Source: Octopus sinensis (lineage: Eukaryota). From it: DNA of 64,000 nucleotides. The stretch lies in assembly GCF_006345805.1 (NCBI RefSeq), contig NC_043007.1, forward strand, positions 12,958,001 to 13,022,000. Reading direction: 5' to 3'. Under the pieces are notes generated by a model. It was not told the DNA's origin. It worked only from the letters and a program-made list of their open reading frames with translations, and did no database searches. The position numbers were made by a program, and so were the translations under genes. Below are positions 1-11,155 of this stretch, in pieces (position 1 is the stretch's first letter; every line of letters begins with the position of its first letter).

Positions 1-67
1 ATATATACATATTTATATATACACGCACACAAACATACACACACATCCTCTCTTTCTCTCTTCCTAC

Positions 68-153
68 CTCTCCAGGGTACTATCATAGTTTTCACCGTAC
101 AAGAATTCTCTGGTAGTGTTAATACCATTGGTACAGTTTAATGATGCGTAGAG
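68..153 (-). CDS. Candidate internal coding exon (LYASLNCTNGINTTREFLYGENYDSTLE-), gene unidentified
   Basis: Acceptor aactgcag|, donor GAG AG|gtagga; 86 nt with only one open frame; two N-x-T sequons; lies in unique sequence. Confidence 0.35.
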
Positions 154-399
154 CTGCAGTTAATGATTTCACTATGTAACACATTCACACATGAAGAAGC
201 TGCTTAGCTGTCATTGTAGCAAGTATGAGCCACCGATAGCTCGTACCGTACTAGTTTCACTACTTTTTTTTAGGTGCCTCTGTAGCCAGAAACAGACACA
301 GACGTCTTTTTGACCTTTCCCACATTTGACCCAGAGAATTTGGCAGACAGAAACTGTGTGGAAGCCTTTCATTACAAATTCGATGACAGCACTGCATGA

Positions 400-901
400 C
401 TGGCATCCATGCTAGTGGAGCGCTAAGAGCACCATCCGAGTGTGATCTTTGCCAGGGCCGCTGACTGGCCCACATGCTGGTGGCACGTAAAAAGCACCAT
501 TTGAGCTTTTTTTTTTATTGGACCCAGGAGGAGGTAGTAAGGTTATAGAGCCCTGATCGTTACCAGCGTCGCCTTACTGGCACTTGTGCTGGTGGTACAT
601 GAAAATCAACATTCAAGCGAGTGTGTTGCTAGTGCCACTGGACAAGCTCCTGTGCAGGTGACACATAAAAACACCATTTGAGTGTGGCCGTTGCCTGTAC
701 CGCCTGACTGGCCTTCGTGCTGGTGGCACGTAAAAGCACTCACTACACTCTCGGAGTGGTTAGCATTAGGAAGGGCATCCAGCTGTAGAAACTCTGCCAG
801 ATCAGATCGGAGCTTGGCACAGCCATCTGGCTCACCAGTCCCCAGTCAAACTGCCCAGCCTATGCCAGCATGGAAAGTGGACATTAAACATTAAATGATG
901 A

Positions 902-905
<4 letters not shown>
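400..905 (+). mobile_element. Family C short retroposon with internal ~75-bp modules and (ATG)n tail
   Basis: Repeated gtggcac(g/a)taaaa(a)gcacc modules, then ggagtggttagcattaggaagggcatccagctgtagaaac and a gatgatgat tail; homologous copies elsewhere in the window. Confidence 0.7.
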
Positions 906-936
<31 letters not shown>

Positions 937-938
<2 letters not shown>

Positions 939-1067
939 AGAAACTCTGCCAGACCAAGATTGGAGCCTGGTGCAGCCATCTGGTTTGCCAGCCCTCAGTC
1001 AAAATCGTCCAACCCATGCTAGCATGGAAAGCGGAGGTTAAACGATGATGATGATGATGATGATGAT
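937..1067 (+). mobile_element. Family C 3' tail fragment
   Basis: gtagaaactctgccagac...gcatggaaagcggaggttaaacgatgatgatg. Confidence 0.65.
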
Positions 1068-1254
1068 ATGTATATATATATGTGTAAGTAGCAGTAAGAA
1101 GCTTGCTTCCCAACCACATGGTTCCGTGTTCAGTCCCAATGAGTTGGATGCTAGTCCACCACGGGGTTAACTTCCCAGCTATCACAGGTACTGATAGTTG
1201 GACAGAAAGAGAACTGAACCGACTAAATGCTGGTGTAGTTCTCTTTGGTTTTCA

Positions 1255-1685
1255 GTGAAGGCATATGGTCCAGTGGTTAGGGTGTTGGACTCTTGATCAT
1301 AAGATTGTGGTTTCAATTCCCAACCCAGGTGATATGTTGTGTTCTACAGCAAAACACTTCATTTCACATTGCCCCAGTCCACTCAACTGAAAGTACCTGT
1401 GATGGCTGGGAAGTTAACCCTGTGATGGACCAGCATTCTATCGTGGATGAGCATGGCTTAATGGTTAGGATATCAGACCCATGATTGTAAGACTGTGGTT
1501 TCGATTCCTGGACCAGGCAACATGTGTTCTAGATCAAAACACTTCATTTCCCGTTGGTCCAGTCAACTCAAATGGCAAAAATGAGTAACCTTGTGATGGA
1601 TTGGTGACCCGTCCAGGTGGAGAATTTATACGCCTTGAAACCAGGAAACTGGCCCTTATGAGTCAGTGTGACTCAAAAAGGTAAC
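1255..1685 (+). mobile_element. Two adjacent decayed tRNA-derived SINE copies (family D-like)
   Basis: Two heads with A-box (tggtccagtggttagg / tggcttaatggttagg) and B-box-like ggtttc(a/g)attcc; shared aaaacacttcatttc body. Confidence 0.6.
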
Positions 1686-2272
1686 TTTACATTTACTTTT
1701 ACCAGGATCCTGTTGTGTGTATGTGTGTGTGTGTGTGAGATCTCAATCACTTATGTGCCATGGAAACCAAAGTTCTTCAGCCTTATAAACTCAAGGGCTC
1801 ATGACCAATCCTAAGTGTCTTGCTCGAGGGCTCAATGTACTGCCCAGTTCAGGGGTCAAACTCTTGACTTTATAGTCACAAGCTCAAAACCTGACCAATA
1901 GGCTACTCACCTTCAGGCACACATATTCATCAATTAAAATACATACACACACACACATAAATACACAGATATAGCCAAAGACTCATTTACATGGAAATAC
2001 ATACTCATGTATGATACATACTTACTCATGCACACATGCATGTACACACACACACACACACACAAATACATAAACGTACAAAATCAGACATATATTTATA
2101 TCAACCCAGTTCATAAATGGTTTTTTTTTTTTCATATTTTATCAACCTTTGATGCGGGACAGACAAAGTAGAAAGATTGGAATTCAGAATGTTCAGAGTT
2201 CATATAACATCCACATACACGCAGTGCATATGAGACCTACAAGTGCATACACACACACACATATATATATAT

Positions 2273-2760
2273 AGGCGTAGGAGTGGCTGTGTGGTAAGTA
2301 GCTTGCTTACCAACCACATGGTTCCAGCTTCAGTTCCACTGTGTGGCACCTTGGGCAAGTGTCTTCTTCTATAGCCTTGGGCCGACCAAAGCTTTATGAG
2401 TGGATTTGGTAGACAGAAACTGAAAGAAGCCCATCGTATATTATATATATATATATATTTCAGTAAAAACAATAAAGATTCAAGTGAGTTCCAATGAATT
2501 CACATGAATGCAGTACTTAACTTAGATGCACCAGAAATCTATATGGTATTAACCATAAAATAATGTGGGGTGATTATGTTTGCGTGTCTGTGTTTGTCCT
2601 CTAACATCGCTTGACAACCGATGCTGGTGTGTTGACGTTTAGCAAAAGAGACGGATAAAATAAGTACTAGGCTTACAAAGAGTAAGTCCTGGGGTCGATT
2701 TGCTCAACTAAAGGCGGTGCTCCAGCATGGCCATAAATGACTGAAACAAGTAAAAGAGAG
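2273..2760 (+). mobile_element. Family A SINE, interrupted
   Basis: Head ggcgtaggagtggctgtgtggtaagtagc, CORE-like accttgggcaagtg, tail gactgaaacaagtaaaagag; non-family sequence at about 2460-2570. Confidence 0.75.
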
Positions 2761-2768
2761 AGTGAAGA

Positions 2769-2769
<1 letters not shown>

Positions 2770-2813
<44 letters not shown>

Positions 2814-3112
2814 TATATATATATATATGTACATTTTTTATAATATCCACATAAATAGAGAGCATATAAGGCCCACACACTACACAAATGCGTGCATATA
2901 CATACAAACACACACATACCCATAAGCTCTATTAAACGCATGAATGCACACCGCATACACGTACATAGACTTATTAACTGCATCAATACAGATGCAAACA
3001 AACGCATACATTTAGCCTACATAATATGTATACACATACATAACATTCTGAAACACATCACTACATATGCTGACATTAAACACATGCATATACATACATA
3101 CATACATACATA

Positions 3113-3163
<51 letters not shown>

Positions 3164-3352
3164 TATATATACACATACATAATATATATATATATATACA
3201 CGTGCATATATATATATATATTATATATATATATATATAATATATAATATATATACAACACCATACATACATACATTCATATATACACATACATACATAT
3301 ATACACATACATATACACATACATATATACACATACATATACACATACATAT

Positions 3353-3396
<44 letters not shown>

Positions 3397-3400
3397 AATA
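2770..3400. repeat. Compound (TA)n/(CA)n/(TACA)n microsatellite field
   Basis: Read directly from the sequence. Confidence 0.9.
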
Positions 3401-3836
3401 TATAAGCTGTGAACTATAAGAGTTATTTAACAATTCGCATCTTTTCCACCCTCTGCTTTTTTTTTTTATATATATTTATATATATTTTTTTCTGATATTT
3501 ATCCCCATCCACTTGAGAATAATGTAGAGTATACAACAAGATGTTTTTTAGACAAACCAGAGTGAAAGCCAAGCCACCAGAACAGTGTTATTTTAAGTCA
3601 AGATCTTTCCCAAGGGGCAACAGACAACAAATGCAAATCCATAAGTACATAACAACCCATGTAAGAAACATAATACACAATAGTTTAATGTTCTTCTTGT
3701 AGAAATGTTTGTTTTATGTTTTAGTAGGGTTTCCTTCTGGCTTCGTTCATTGTCTTCTTTGCTGTTTTTTTCAGGTCTACTTTCAAGGAGAGCTACCTCA
3801 CCTTTGTTTCCAGTATACACATATGAGTGTAAACAA

Positions 3837-4160
3837 GGCGGCGAGCTGGCAGAAACGTCAGCACGCCGGGCGAAATGCGTAGCCGTATTTCATCTGCTGT
3901 TACGTTCTGGGTTCAAATTCCGCCTAATTCTTTACTACCAACAAGGGGCTAAACACAGAGGGGACAAACAAGGACAGACAGACAAATGGGTTAAGTTGAT
4001 TATATCGACCCCAGTGCGTAACTGGTACTTAATTTATCGACCCCGAGAAGGATAAAAAGCAAAGTCGACCTCGGCGGAATTTGAACTCAGAATGTAAAGG
4101 CAGACGAAATACGGCTACGCATTTCGCCCGGCGTGCTAACGGTTCTGCCAGCTCACCGTC
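3837..4160. mobile_element. Family B SINE composite: + head fused to a full - strand copy
   Basis: + head ggcggcgagctggcagaaacg...ggttcaaattccgcc at 3837-3923; - copy from 3926 ending gctaacggttctgccagctcaccg. Confidence 0.75.
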
Positions 4161-4655
4161 TTATCTCTATATATCCATATATATGTGTATATATGTGAGA
4201 GTGTGTATGTGTATATATGTGCATGCTGTACATACATGTAAACATGCACACATATATATGTTGAGTGCGTGTGTTTGAGCATGGAAAATAGAAGTAAAAT
4301 GATGACTACAATAGACACAGATACAAGCATAAATATGCAACCAAATATAAATTTGCTGGATAAACTAGGATTAAAAACTGTAAATATATATTTATACATT
4401 TTAAAGCAGTGTTTAGGTGAAGACATTTAAGCTGATGTTAGAAATCTAACCCATGTACACAAGGCCTCTCGCTCTCTCTCTTTTTTTTTTCTCTGACAGA
4501 TTCACAATGAGTTTCTACATGGTCAATATCCTACTAGAAATAGCAACCAAATCTCTCTCAAGTCACACTCTCACCTCCAAAAGCAAAAGGAAGGATAGAT
4601 TGGAGAGTGTAGTCCCTGATTTACAGCAAGAAAGGATAATTTTTAACTCTATGTA

Positions 4656-4795
4656 TGAGGGAGTCCTGCAAAGTTCCTGGGTTTAAGGGTCTCACAAAGG
4701 CCTGTTTGGAGGTCCAACCTTTTGATTTCTTTTACGGGGCTTTGAAAAACTGAAGGACCATTGCAATGAGTGTGTGAATGTGAGAAGGAGCTATG
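4656..4795 (+). mobile_element. Internally deleted mariner relic
   Basis: TA|TGAGGGAGTCCTGCAAAGTT resembles mariner TIR starts; following sequence resembles the mariner transposase C-terminus (G..KL..xC..CV). Confidence 0.45.
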
Positions 4796-4924
4796 AGAAG
4801 GCTATAGTAGAAGACACTTGCCCAAGGTGCCACGCAGTGGGACTGAACCTGGAACCATGTGGTTGGTAAGCAAGCTACTTACCACACAGCCATTCCTACG
4901 CCTAGATTGCTTATTTTTAGAATA

Positions 4925-5502
4925 ACACTGTACAGTGGCACAAAAAAAGCACCATCTGAATGTGGCCGATGCCAGTGCCGCCTCGACTGGCTTCTGTGCC
5001 AGTGGCACATAAAAAGCACCATCCGAACGTGGCCGATGCCAGCGCTGCCTTGACTGGCTTCCGTGCCGGTGGCACGTTAAAAGCACCAACCGATCGTGGC
5101 CGATGCCAGACTCCCCTGGCACATAAAAAGCACCCACTACACGCGGAGTGGTTGGCATTAGGAAGGGCATCCAGCTGTAGAAACATTGCCAAATCAGATT
5201 GTATATATGTGTATATATATATATGTCTGTGTATATGAATTGGCTCCTGTGCAGGTGGCACGTAAAAAGCACCATTTAAGCGTGGCCGTTGCCAGTACCA
5301 CCTGACTGACCCTTGTGCCAGTGGCACGTAAAAGCACCCACTACACTCATGTAGTGGTTGGTGTTAGGAAGGGCATCCAGCTGTAGAAACACTGCCAGAT
5401 CAGACTGGAGCCTGGTACAGCCTCCTGGCTTCCCAGACCCCGGTCGAACCGTCCAACTCGTGCTAGCGCGGAAAACGGACGTTAAACGATGATGATGATG
5501 AT
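4925..5502 (+). mobile_element. Family C retroposon(s) with multiple internal modules
   Basis: Several gtggcac.taaaaagcacc units, two aggaagggcatccagctgtagaaac blocks, (GAT)n tail. Confidence 0.75.
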
Positions 5503-6416
5503 GTACAGTAAGTGTTCGAGGCCGGATCTATCTGGTTTGAATATAAAACAGGCAGCATATTTGGACCAGATCTAACTGGTTTAAATGCCAAAGGGTTAAG
5601 CTTACAGTATTAATAATAGTCTTGATGTACATGTTCTATCTAAAAGCTTTGCCAATATTCACAGAAACTTTTTTTTTTTTTAGAAAAATTCTTTCTAAAT
5701 AGAGAGAGAGACTTTGGATAATTTTAGCTGAAACACAACTTGTGGTATGGCCGACAAAAATGAAAATAACTTTGCTTTCAGTGTTTGAAGACAAAAGTTA
5801 TTCATCATCTGATACAGACTGTCAATTGTTAATACTAAACCAGTCTAGAGTAGTAAAAATGAGCGTTTTAATTAGGTGTTTATAGTCACCTCCTACAGTT
5901 CTTGTTTAATGTTTTCGAACAGTAAGCAGAATGGTCTTTCTCTTTGCTCTTCCGCTTTCTCCCCCCCCCCCCACCTCACTCTCTCTCTTCCTATTTTTCT
6001 CTCTTTCTCTCACTTCTTCCCCCTCCTCCCACCAATTTTCTCTTCTTCCTTCTTTAAGCATAGCCAAAGCAAGGATCTGCTAATGACAAAAACAGAAAGT
6101 TCTTTGTAGTTTTTACTTTTTTTTTTACACCCACTTATTACTGTTGTTATTGCTATATTATTATTATTATTATTACTATTACTATTATTATTATTATCAT
6201 CATTAATTATTAAGCTGGAAAGAGCAAGGTCGCTAGATCTGCTAGGAATAGCAGCCAAATCTTCTTCAAATCACGCCCTATTGTTTTCAAGTGAGAAGGG
6301 ACACGCTGGGGTGTTTAGTTAGGAGGAAATACTTTATGCAAGAAAAAAGAGAAAAAGATAGGACAGTCATGACAGGAAGATTATTCCATCCGATCAGAGT
6401 GTACATGGAGTGGGTG

Positions 6417-6712
6417 TGGAGGCACATGGCCTAGTAGTTAGAGTAGCGGACTCGCGTTCGAGGGATCACGGGTTCAAATCTCAGATTGGGCGATACGTGT
6501 GTTTATGAGTGAAAAACACCTAAGCTCCACGCGGCTCTGGCAGAAGGTAATGGCGAACTTCTGCTGACTCTTTCACCACAACTTTCTCTCACTCTTTCCT
6601 CCTGCATCTTGCAGCTCACCTGCGACGGACTGGCGTCCCGTCTAGGTGGGGAACCTATACGCCAAGGAAACTGGGAAACCGGCCCTTATGAGCCAGGCAT
6701 GGCTCGAGAAAG
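6417..6712 (+). mobile_element. Family D SINE with tRNA-Arg-like head (resembles octopus OR-type SINEs)
   Basis: ggaggcacatggcctagtagttagagtagcggactcgcg...gggttcaaatc; tail gaaaccggcccttatgagccaggcatggctcgagaa; related copies at 55397 and 59770. Confidence 0.7.
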
Positions 6713-6739
6713 GGAAGGAACATGGAGTTAGTAATAATC

Positions 6740-7280
6740 CTTTCTGCTGTAGGCACAAAGCCTGAAATTTGGGGGAGGGGGAGTAGTCGATTATATCGAC
6801 CCCAGTGTTTCACTGGTACTTAATTTATCGACCCTGAAAAGATGAAAGGCAAAGTCAACCTTCGCAGAATTTGAACTCAGAACAAAGTGACGGGTGAAAT
6901 ACCGCTAAGCATTCTGTCTGGCATGCAAACGATTCTGCCAGCTCACCGCCTTATGGAATTAAGTAATAATCTTTTCTACTCTAGGTACAAGGCCTGAAAT
7001 TTTGGGTGATGGGGCCAGTCGATTAGATCAACCCAAGTACGCAACTGGTACTTAATTTAATAACCCTGAAAAGATGAAAGGCAAAGTTGACCACGGCAGA
7101 ACTTGAACTCAGAACATAGACAGATGAAATACTGCTAACGATTCTTATTTCTTTATTGCCCACAAGGGGCTAAACACAGAGGGGACAAACAAGGACAGAC
7201 AAAGGGATTAAGTCGATTACATTGACCCCAGTGCATAACTGGTACTTAATTTATTGACCCTGAAAGGATGAAAGGCAAAA
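6740..7280 (-). mobile_element. Cluster of three family B (Deu/Nin-like domain) SINE units
   Basis: Repeated reverse complement of ctttgcctttcatcctttcggggtcgataaattaagtaccag. Confidence 0.8.
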
Positions 7281-7529
7281 TTGCTGGCCTTGTGACTAAA
7301 CTAGAAATATTGTTACTTATATTATTATTATCATTATTGTTATCTCACATGTCTGGCAAAATACTCAGCAGCATTTCTTCCAGTTCTTAATATTCTGAGT
7401 TCAAATTCCTCCCAGGTCAACTTTGCCCTTCATTTTTTTTTTGGGGGGGGGGGGGGTCAAGTACCAGGATTGATGTAATTGACTCATCCACTCAAAACAG
7501 TTAGCTTTTAGAAAAAATTACAACTACTA

Positions 7530-7634
7530 CTGCTGCTACTACTACCACCACCACCACCACCGCTAGTACTACTACCACTACAGCTGCTGCTACTAATACT
7601 ACTGCTAATACTACTGCTGCTGCTACTACTACTA

Positions 7635-7665
<31 letters not shown>
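7530..7665. repeat. (CTA)n/(CTG)n/(CAC)n trinucleotide tract
   Basis: Read directly from the sequence. Confidence 0.9.
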
Positions 7666-7904
7666 AGAAACCTCACAGAATCATTACTGTGCTGGACAAC
7701 ATGCTTAGTGACATTTCTTCAAGCTCTCTGCATCATGAGTTCAAATTTCTCTGAGGTTGACTTTGCCATTTATACTTATTTTTTTTGTGGGGGTAGGGTC
7801 GATGAAATAAATGCCAGTTGAACACTGGAGTTGATGCAACCGACTTACCCACTACCCCCAAAATTTCTAGCTTTGTACCAAAATTTGAAATTATGATTAT
7901 TATT

Positions 7905-8274
7905 ATTATTATTACTCTTTTACTTGCTTCAGTCATTTGACTGTGGCCATGCTGGAGCACCGCCCTTAGTCGAGAAAATCGACCCCGGGACTTATTCTTT
8001 GTAAGCCTAGTACTTATTCTATCAGTCTCTTTTGCTAAGTTACGGGTATGTAAACACACCAGCATCGGTTGTCAAGCAATGTTGGGGGGCAAACACAAAC
8101 ACACACACACATATATACTACGGGCTTCTTTCAGTTTCTGTCTACCAAATCTACTCACAAGGCTTTAGTCAGCCCGAGGCTATAGTAGAAGACACTTGCC
8201 CAAAGTGCCATGCAGTGGGAATGAACCCGGAACCATGTGGTTGGTAAGCAAGCTACTTACCACACAGCCACTCT
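7905..8274 (-). mobile_element. Family A SINE
   Basis: Full reverse-complement match to other family A copies. Confidence 0.85.
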
Positions 8275-8899
8275 TATTATTATTATTATTATTAACATCA
8301 TCATTAATTGTATATTTCCTCAGTGCAGAAAACTTTGTAGATGTTTCAGTTTTCTGCATTTGTATTAAATAAGACTAACAATTAACATATGTGCAATTCT
8401 TAACTGGAATAGTCTCAAGTCTGCCAAAAAACACACACGGTTCCTTTTACATCAGCTTCAAGCTTCATCAAGAACTGCTGTAATTTAATTCCTGAAGGTC
8501 AACTCTAATTGGGCAAACAGAAGACCTGTATATATGATCAAAGGAATTCCATTAGCGAACTGGCAAAATAGCAGAAGCATTAAAGCGCAAGACAAAATGC
8601 TTTGCAGTATTTATTCCAATTCCTGGCATTTCGAGTTCAAACCTTACCAAGGTCAACTTTGTCGTTTGTCGTTCATGGATCAATAAACAAACTACCAGTT
8701 GAGAGGAATTGTTGGGAGTGTGGTTTGAGGAAAACTTGGCTGTTATTTCTAGCAGATCGAACAATCATGTAGAGGCTCCCTTACTTAACCCTTTGGCATT
8801 CGGGTTTTTCTGTCAAATGCAATGTTTTATTTATTTACATTGTTCTGAATTAATCATGCATTATCTTGTATCTTTGAGATTTTGAGGATATAATACTCT

Positions 8900-9293
8900 T
8901 ACTCTTTTACTCTTTTACTTGTTTCAGTCATTTGACTGTGGCCATGCTGGGGCACCGCCTTCAGTCGAGCAAATCGACCCCGGGACTTATTCTTTGTAAG
9001 CCCAGTACTTATTCTATCGGTCTCTTTTGCTGAACCGCTAAGTGACAGGGACGTAAACGCACCAGCATCAGTTGTCAAGCAATGCTAGGGGGACAAACAC
9101 ACACACACATAAACATATATACATATATACGACAGGCTTCTTTCAGTTTCCGTCTACCAAATCCACTCACAAGGCATTGGTAGGCCCGGGGCTATAGCAG
9201 AAGACACTTGCTCAAGATGCCATGCAGTGGGACTGAACCCAGAACCATGTGGTTGGTTAGTAAGCTACTTACCACACAGCCACTCCTGCGCCT
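8900..9293 (-). mobile_element. Family A SINE
   Basis: Full-length reverse-complement copy. Confidence 0.85.
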
Positions 9294-9539
9294 AATAGTT
9301 CAGTAATTTTTAGAATGACATTGTAGGATTGGTTTAAGAGGCTGGATCAAGCCAGTTTGAACATAAAACAGGTGGAACATATGGGCTGGTTGAGGCCAGT
9401 TTAAATGCTAAAGGATCAAACATGAGATAACTCTTGAGTACAGAGACATGACCCAAGATGTTCTAGTTACATGTGGCCTGTCATTGTTTCAAACTTAAAT
9501 GTTTATATCCAGCAATTTCAGATTCTTCTCATTATATAG

Positions 9540-9775
9540 GTGCAAGAGTGGCTGTGTGGTAAGTAGCTTGCTTACGAACCACATGGTTCTAGGTTCATTC
9601 CCACTGAATGGCACCTTGAGCAAGTGTCTTCTACTATAGCCTTGGGCCGGCCAAACCCTTGTGAGTGGATTTGGTAGATGGAAACTGAAAGAAGCTCGTT
9701 GTATATATGTATATATATGTGTGTATGTGTGTGTGTATATGTTTGTGCATCTGTGTTTATATCCCTGTAACTTAG
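9540..9775 (+). mobile_element. Family A SINE, 3'-truncated, abutting a mariner relic
   Basis: Head, CORE-like block and microsatellite present; ends at ccctgtaacttagcg. Confidence 0.8.
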
Positions 9776-9784
9776 CGAGTAAAA

Positions 9785-10143
9785 GAGTGCTTGATGCTTT
9801 GGGAACCAGACAAAAATTGCTGCAGCTCGGCTGGGATGTGTTACCCCACTCTCCATATTCACCAGATATTGCTCCTTCGGATTTCCACTTATTAAGGTCT
9901 CTGTAGAATAGTCTTAATGGTAAAAATTTCAATTCCTTGGATGACATAAAAAGATACCTTGATGAATTATTTGCCATAAACCACTTCAATTCTGGGAAGA
10001 GGGCATTTTCAAGTTAAAGGAAAGATGGAGACACATTGTGCAACAAAATGGTATATATTTGGTTGATTAAAAATTTAATGGCAAGTATTTATTGACCATT
10101 TTCTTTCCTTTAAAAATCAGCATGAACTTTCCGGACAACCCAA
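9785..10143 (+). pseudogene. Mariner transposase C-terminal relic with 3' terminal inverted repeat
   Basis: TRQKLLQLGWDVLPHSPYSPDIAPSDFHLLRSL*NSLNGKNFNSLDDIKRYLDE contains the mariner YSPDLAP motif; in-frame stop and later frameshift; ends ctttccggacaacccaa|TA. Confidence 0.9.
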
Positions 10144-10149
10144 TATGTG

Positions 10150-10460
10150 TATGTTTGTGTCCCCTTGTCTTGATATGTGATAGTTGTAAATGAGTGTCAC
10201 TGTCATACAAGCAGTGTCTCTCAATTCCAATATTCTGCAAGAAAATATCTGTCCATTGAGCATGGGGAATATTACTTTGCTTGGAATCAGCTGAGAAATG
10301 GCAACAGGAAGGACATCTGGGTATAGAAAATCTACCACAGAAGATTTTACAATTCTCAGACGTTCACAGTAAACTTCATCCAACCCATACATGCATGGAA
10401 AAGTGGATGTATGATGATGATGACGATGATGATGATGATGACGATGATGATGATGATGAT
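10150..10460 (+). mobile_element. Retroposon fragment with (ATG)n tail; related copy at about 23370-23590
   Basis: Shared gatagttgtaaatga.tgtcactg and gcatggaaaagtggatg...gatgatgat. Confidence 0.5.
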
Positions 10461-10699
10461 CAAAACGTTCTTTTATAAATTATGATAAACAGATTAAATT
10501 TTGTATATGTTTTCAAAAACAGGAGGCTTTTTTTATGATAGAACAAAGAGCTGTCTCAGACAGAATAGTATCAAATTGGCTTTGAGATTGTAGGGTCTGA
10601 TTTGAGGGTGACTTAATTGCTACTTCTGATAGGTCGAGCAGCTACATAGAGATTTTATTGTTGGCTTGTATTTATAGTTTCCCCCCAACAAGAGATCTG

Positions 10700-11155
10700 A
10701 TACACTCAGAGGAATTCATCATCATCATCACCATCACTTACATCATTGTCATCGTTGTCGTCGTCATCATCACCATCACTTACATCATCATCGTCGTTGT
10801 CGTCATCAACGTTATCTTAGTTGTTGTCATCATTGTCATCATCATCGTTGTCGTCATCATCATCATCATCATAGTCATCATCGTTGTCGTCGTCATTGTC
10901 ATCATCATCATTGTCACCATCATTGTTGTCATCATCATCATTGTTGTTGTCATCATCATCATTGTCGTCATCATCATCATCGCCATCGTAGTTGTTGTCA
11001 TCGTCATTATTGTCCTAGTTGTTGTCATGGTCATCGTTCTTTTAGTTGTTATCATCATCATCGTCACTATCATTGTCGTCTTCGTCGTCATCATCATCAT
11101 TGTTGTTGTCATTGTCATCATTATCGTCATCACCATCATTGCCATCATCATCATA
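10700..11155. repeat. Degenerate (ATC/GTC/GTT)n trinucleotide field
   Basis: Read directly; produces the Ile/Val and Met/Thr ORFs in the track. Confidence 0.9.

Noticed and set aside
1790-1915. Perfect AAG|GTGAGT minus-strand donor near 1910
   Set aside because: Lies in a decayed tRNA-derived SINE head; no upstream acceptor or open exon
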